Below, in pieces: positions 21,980-26,523 of a stretch of 26,523 nt of DNA. The number at the start of each line of letters is the position of its first letter. Position 1 is the stretch's first letter. This DNA comes from Veleropilina oligotropha (taxonomy: Eukaryota). The notes under the pieces are model-generated. The model worked only from the letters and a program-made list of their open reading frames with translations, made no database searches and was not told where the DNA came from. The translations under genes and the position numbers were made by a program. The stretch is from the NCBI GenBank assembly GCA_048128005.1, contig JBEUKZ010000011.1, forward strand, positions 124,001 through 150,523, written 5' to 3'.

Positions 21980-22645
21980 CCATGACGAGCCAGCACTGCG
22001 AGGCCGGCGAGAGGTTTACCAGCTTTGGTTGCATCACGGCGCCACAGATGGGCGAGCCAACACAAAGTCGGGCAATTTGTTTAACCGCTTTGCTTGTATC
22101 ACGGCGCCACAGAGGTGAGCCAGCACTGCGAGTCCGGCAAATGGTTTAACAGCTATGATTGCATCATGGTGCTTTGAAGGGGCGAGCCAGCACCGCGAGT
22201 TGGGCAAGTGGTTAACAGCTATGCTTGTATCACGGAGGGGTGAACCAGCGCCGGCGAGTCATTTAATAGCCATGCGTGTACCACATTGCCATGCTGGAGG
22301 CATGCTTGTATCATGGTTCTATGGAGGAGTGAGCCAGCACCGTGAGTGGGGAAAGTGGTTTAACAGCTATTCTTGTATCATGGTGCCAGCATTGGAAGTC
22401 AGGCGAGTGTTTTAACAGGTATGCTTGTATGATGGTGCCATGGAGGGGTGAGCCAGCACCGTGAGGCAGGCGAGCGGTTTAAAGGCTATGCTTGTATCAT
22501 GGTGCCATGGAGGAGTGAGACAGCACCATGAATCAGGCGAGTGGTTTAACAGCTATGCTTGTATCATGGAGCCACGGAAGGGCGAGCCAGCACCTTGAGT
22601 CCGGCGAGTGGTTTAACAGCTATGCTCGTATCACGATGCTACCGA
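21980..22645. repeat. Diverged 67-bp tandem repeat, about 10 copies
   Basis: Consensus about ggtttaacagctatgcttgtatcatggtgccatggaggggtgagccagcaccgtgagtcaggcgagt; gagccagcac-like anchors at 21987, 22054, 22450, 22517, 22584. Confidence 0.9.
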
Positions 22646-22920
22646 GGAGGCCTCATGCTCCCAAACCTGTCTATGTTGCATATGATAAATCGCTTCTGTC
22701 TCTGCATTGTACACACCTTATTGGTTTATTTATAAAAACATAGCCCTGCAAGCTATTGCCTACTTCACTATTAGAATCACCATAATGGCGACAAAAGATA
22801 TTAAATGTAGCTTCAAATACGAGACATCGCAATTACACACATAGTACCATAACTTAAACCATTAAGTCTCTGCACTTTTCACGCAGCGCCACTATTGTTT
22901 CCTGTATGTAGTAAGCTTAC

Positions 22921-23092
22921 CTATCAGAGCCTGAAGCTTTTATTGAAACGACTTTGTTATTGTTATCTATCCATTTGAGATCTGGATCCGTGTTGGGAGG
23001 TAGAGATGTAATTCCACAGGTAAAAACAGGTCCACTGCCGATATTCAGAACTTGCACTGGATCCGTGGATTGCAGCTCGAGTATCTGAGCAT
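22921..23092 (-). CDS. Ig-superfamily adhesion molecule (NCAM/Fasciclin-2-like), exon A: first half of Ig1 (xAQILELQSTDPVQVLNIGSGPVFTCGITSLPPNTDPDLKWIDNNNKVVSIKASGSDR)
   Basis: Minus-strand acceptor tccttcag|AT and donor GATAG|gtaag (phase 2). Ig B-strand Cys (FTCG) and C-strand Trp (LKW). An alternative acceptor at 23084 cannot be excluded. Confidence 0.85.
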
Positions 23093-23182
23093 CTGAAGGA
23101 GAATGGTTTATTATACAGTGCTGGACAATCATGCTTATGTTTGCTGACAAAATATGCACATCAACAATGGACAACGCAGCAA

Positions 23183-23798
23183 ACTATCTACATCATAGAT
23201 GAATCAGTACCGGACCAGCGTCGGCCATCCATATGGGGCCGTGCGGTCTCGAGTGTAGACTCCGATATCACTATCTACATCATAGATGAATCAGTACCGG
23301 ACCAACGTCGGCCATCCATATGGGGCCGTGTGGTCTCGAGTGTAGACTCTGATATCACTATCTACATCATTATAAGATGAATCAGTACCGGACCAACGTC
23401 GGCCGTCCAAATGGGGCCGTGCGGCCTCGAGTGTAGACTCTGATATCACTATCTACATCATAGATGAATCAGTACCGGACCAACGTCGGCCGTCCAAATG
23501 GGGCCGTGCGGCCTCGAGTGTAGACTCTGATATCACTATCTACATCATAGATGAATCAGTACCGGACCAACGTCGGCCGTCCAAATGGGGCCGTGCGGCC
23601 TCGAGTGTAGACTCTGATATCACTATCTACATCATAGATGAATCAGTACCGGACCAACGTCGGCCGTCCATATGGGGCCGTGTCGTCTCGAGTGTAGACT
23701 CTGATATCACCATCTACATCATAGATGAATCAGTACCGGACCAACGTCGGCCGTCCATATGGGGCCGTGCGGCCTCGAGTGTAGACTCTGATATCACT
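23183..23798. repeat. 87-bp tandem repeat, 7 copies
   Basis: Unit actatctacatcatagatgaatcagtaccggaccaacgtcggccgtccaaatggggccgtgcggcctcgagtgtagactctgatatc; starts at 23183, 23270, 23357, 23448, 23535, 23622, 23709. Confidence 0.97.
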
Positions 23799-24003
23799 GG
23801 TGTGACTGCCCTACAAACAAGAGTGTGTTTGAATCTCGGTTAAGGCAATGGCAATCTATGTTTTGTTACTAATCACAGTTGTCCCTAACTGGCCGGAGAG
23901 GGTGGGTTTCCTGGGCAACCCGGCTTTCTTCCCGCTATAATTTGGACATGTACTGCCTTGAACCTGCAAGTCGTAAATATACAGGACAATTTAATTAAAC
24001 ATC
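23761..24003 (+). mobile_element. tRNA-derived SINE, copy 3; its 5' end is the last 87-bp repeat unit
   Basis: ggggccgtgcggcc head, B-box-like gtttgaatctc, body gggtttcctgggcaacccggctttcttccc, 3' aaatatacaggaca...ttaaacatc. Confidence 0.7.
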
Positions 24004-24211
24004 GATCAAATCCGTCAATGTGAAGCAGCAGCGAACTTGGTTAACTTTCAAACACTGTCATCATCCATTGCTGGTGTATTACCAAGTAAAAATGCAAAAT
24101 ATGCCTGCATATCTGAATTGGAGTTTCATTTTATAGTAAATTCCCCAAGGGCAATTTTGGGTTATAGATGTTGGGAGAAAAGTCTGGAATGCAGATCCTC
24201 ACAAGCCTCAA

Positions 24212-24556
24212 CCGCCGCAAACCATGGAGCCGCCGCCAACCATGGAGAGCCGCCGCCAACCATGGAGAGCCGCCGCAAACCATGGAGCCGCCGCAAACCA
24301 TGGAGAGCCGCCGCAAACCATGGAGCCGCCGCAAACCATGGAGCCGCCGCAAACCAGGGAACGGCCGCAACACATGGAGCCGCCGCAAACCATGGAGCCA
24401 CCGCAACCCATGAAGCCGCCGCAACCCATGGAGCCGCCGCAAACCATGGAGCCGCCGCAACCCATGGAGCCGCCGCAAACCATGGAGCCGCCGCAAACCA
24501 TGGAGCCGCCGCAAACCATGGAGCCGCCGCAAACCATGGAGCCGCCGCAACCCATG
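24212..24556. repeat. 18-bp GC-rich minisatellite (gccgccgcaaaccatgga), about 19 copies
   Basis: Direct reading; a few 20-bp variants (ggagagcc). Confidence 0.97.
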
Positions 24557-24731
24557 TATGACTCTAGTGAGCGATAAACCCGAACAAGTTCGAATTAGTG
24601 AAGCCAGTGTGGGTGGATATTGTCTATATTTGGTTTGTAACGATACAGGTTCATATAATCATGGGAGAAAATCCATATCACCTGAGAAAATGTATCCACA
24701 TTGTGTGAACTAAGAATGCGCTGTCGAGGAT

Positions 24732-25530
24732 TTGAACCCACTCCTATCAGATAGAGTCCATGCTCATTGAACCCACTCCTATTAGATAGAGTCCATGCTC
24801 ATTGAACCCACTCCTATTAGATAGAGTCCATGCTCATTGAACCCACTCCTATTAGATAGAGTCCATGCTCATTGAACCCACTCCTATTAGATAGAGTCCA
24901 TGCTCATTGAACCCACTCCTATCAGATAGAGTCCATGCTCATTGAACCCACTCCTATCAGATAGAGTCCATGCTCATTGAACCCACTCCTATCAGATAGA
25001 GTCCATGCTCATTGAACCCACTCCTATTAGATAGAGTCCATGCTCATTGAACCCACTCCTATTAGATAGAGTCCATGCTCATTGAACCCACTCCTATCAG
25101 ATAGAGTCCATGCTCATTGAACCCACTCCTATCAGAGAGTCCATGCTCATTGAACCCACTCCTATTAGATAGAGTCCATGCTCATTGAACCCACTCCTAT
25201 TAGATAGAGTCCATGCTCATTGAACCCACTCCTATCAGAGAGTCCATGCTCATTGAACCCACTCCTATCAGATAGAGTCCATGCTCATTGAACCCACTCC
25301 TATTAGATAGAGTCCATGCTCATTGAACACACTCCTATCAGAGAGTCCATGCTCATTGAACCCACTCCTATCAGATAGAGTCCATGCTCATTGAACCCAC
25401 TCCCATCAGATAGAGTCCATGCTCATTGAACCCACTCCTATCAGATAGAGTCCATGCTCATTGAACCCACTCCTATCAGATAGAGTCCATGCTCTTTGAA
25501 CCCACTCCTATCAGATAGAGTCCATGCTCT
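24732..25530. repeat. 35-bp minisatellite (ttgaacccactcctatcagatagagtccatgctca), about 23 copies, inside a tRNA-like head
   Basis: Direct reading; variants are tatc/tatt and a 2-bp deletion. Minus-strand flanks give TAGCATAGTGG (A box) and GGTTCAAATCC (B box). Confidence 0.97.
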
Positions 25531-25866
25531 TTTCCACTATGCTATCGCTAACCGTGTGGGCAAACATACAACAGACATATAATTCTATAAACTAGAGCAA
25601 TAACCCGACCATCATGTGATTCATCCATTTTTCTTGGCATAAATACAGGTCTAATTGCATAATTCAATAAGGCTTCATGCTCTAACTGATCTTCAATATG
25701 GTTCCTCATCAACAGTAAGCAGATTGCAGCTCTGAATAATTATATAGACTGAAGATCAGCAGTCCCCATCCACAGCCAACAGACTTGTTTATTGACTGCC
25801 CTCACAGTGTATTAACTAGCTAAGATCGATTACTTCGGCATTTGCACAAGACTTTCACAAAACCCA

Positions 25867-25936
25867 TAATATATGTATATATATTATATTATATATTAAT
25901 TATATATATTATATATTAATTATATCTATTATATAT
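25867..25936. repeat. AT-rich (TA)n-like low-complexity tract
   Basis: tatatatattatattatatattaattatatatatt... Confidence 0.85.
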
Positions 25937-25939
25937 GTA

Positions 25940-26117
25940 GGTTAGATCATGCTAAAGAGTGTATATGTTGGATAGACACAGTTTTTCATCGTTGATTAAG
26001 TGTGAAATCGGACCATTGTTCGAGTGCGAAGCACGAGTGCAATGATCCGATTTCACACTTAATCAACGGTGGAAAACTGTGTCTATCCAACATATTCACG
26101 AGTTACATGGTCTAACC
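25940..26117. repeat. Long palindrome with central cgagtgcgaagcacgag, probably a non-autonomous palindromic element
   Basis: 56-bp arms 25963-26018 and 26040-26095 with 3 mismatches; outer IR ggttagatcatg/catggtctaacc. Confidence 0.85.
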
Positions 26118-26141
26118 GATTTAGGCGATACAGTAGAACAA

Positions 26142-26512
26142 TAATTTATATTAGGTATTTTTTCATGTAAGAGACGAAAACGATGTAGGACTTTTCCAAA
26201 TTTAGAGATTTGACTGTGAGTTGTTGGATTTAGACTTCCAAGATGATGTTACTTCTCCGAAGAATGCAGTGAAGTCCACCCATTATTTGCAGGTATGATA
26301 ATTTATATTAGGTATTTTATATTAGGTATTTTTATTAGGTATTTTATATTAGGTAATTTATATTAGGTATTTTTTCATGTAAGAGACGAAAACGATGTAG
26401 GACTTTTCCAAATTTAGAGATTTGACTGTGAGTTGTTGGATTTAGACTTCCAAGATGATGTTACTTCTCCGAAGAATGCAGTGAAGTCCACCCATTATTT
26501 GCAGGTATGATA
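26142..26512. repeat. Direct duplication of about 159 bp (period 212) separated by short tttatattaggta repeats
   Basis: 26142-26300 appears identical by eye to 26354-26512. Confidence 0.92.
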
Positions 26513-26523
26513 TTTGTTACGAT

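Noticed and set aside
23141..23380. ORF with a 29-aa repeat from the 87-bp array
   Set aside because: It is broken by a 4-bp insertion and stop in unit 3, is antisense to the host gene, and the unit is partly SINE-derived.
24037..24577. Six overlapping repetitive ORFs (AAANHG, MEPPQT, LRRLHG etc.)
   Set aside because: They are by-products of a stop-free 18-bp unit open in all frames, with frame-breaking 20-bp variants and no splice context.
23093..26523. Signal-peptide exon or promoter of the Ig gene
   Set aside because: No convincing ATG plus hydrophobic stretch with a phase-1 donor was found by eye; it probably lies beyond the window.

Overview
Eukaryotic, AT-rich, repeat-dense window, most likely a marine invertebrate (taxon inferred from repeat style). 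The only host gene is on the minus strand: six GT-AG exons with matching phases (23092-22921, 21281-21142, 19333-19199, 2979-2848, 2517-2405, 1897-1732; 858 nt, about 286 aa) encode three Ig domains, each split over two exons, as in NCAM/Fasciclin-2-type adhesion molecules. No 5' exon was identified and the 3' end lies beyond base 1. The introns, one of them 16.2 kb, hold many mobile elements: a decayed Academ(X) transposon, a non-autonomous piggyBac with a Helentron-like (HINE) insert, a second HINE, a four- to five-level nest of TIR elements, a Harbinger relic and three copies of a tRNA-derived SINE. There are six minisatellite arrays (80, 31, 67, 87, 18 and 35 bp). The most unusual signal is a pair of Penelope-like retroelement ends (about 1573-1690 and 21772-21946). 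They carry a hammerhead-ribozyme-like motif with an apparently swapped G3-C8 core and share an N-terminal peptide MSSLGTNNNIF with only synonymous differences. Three arrays appear to derive from heads or ends of retroelements.
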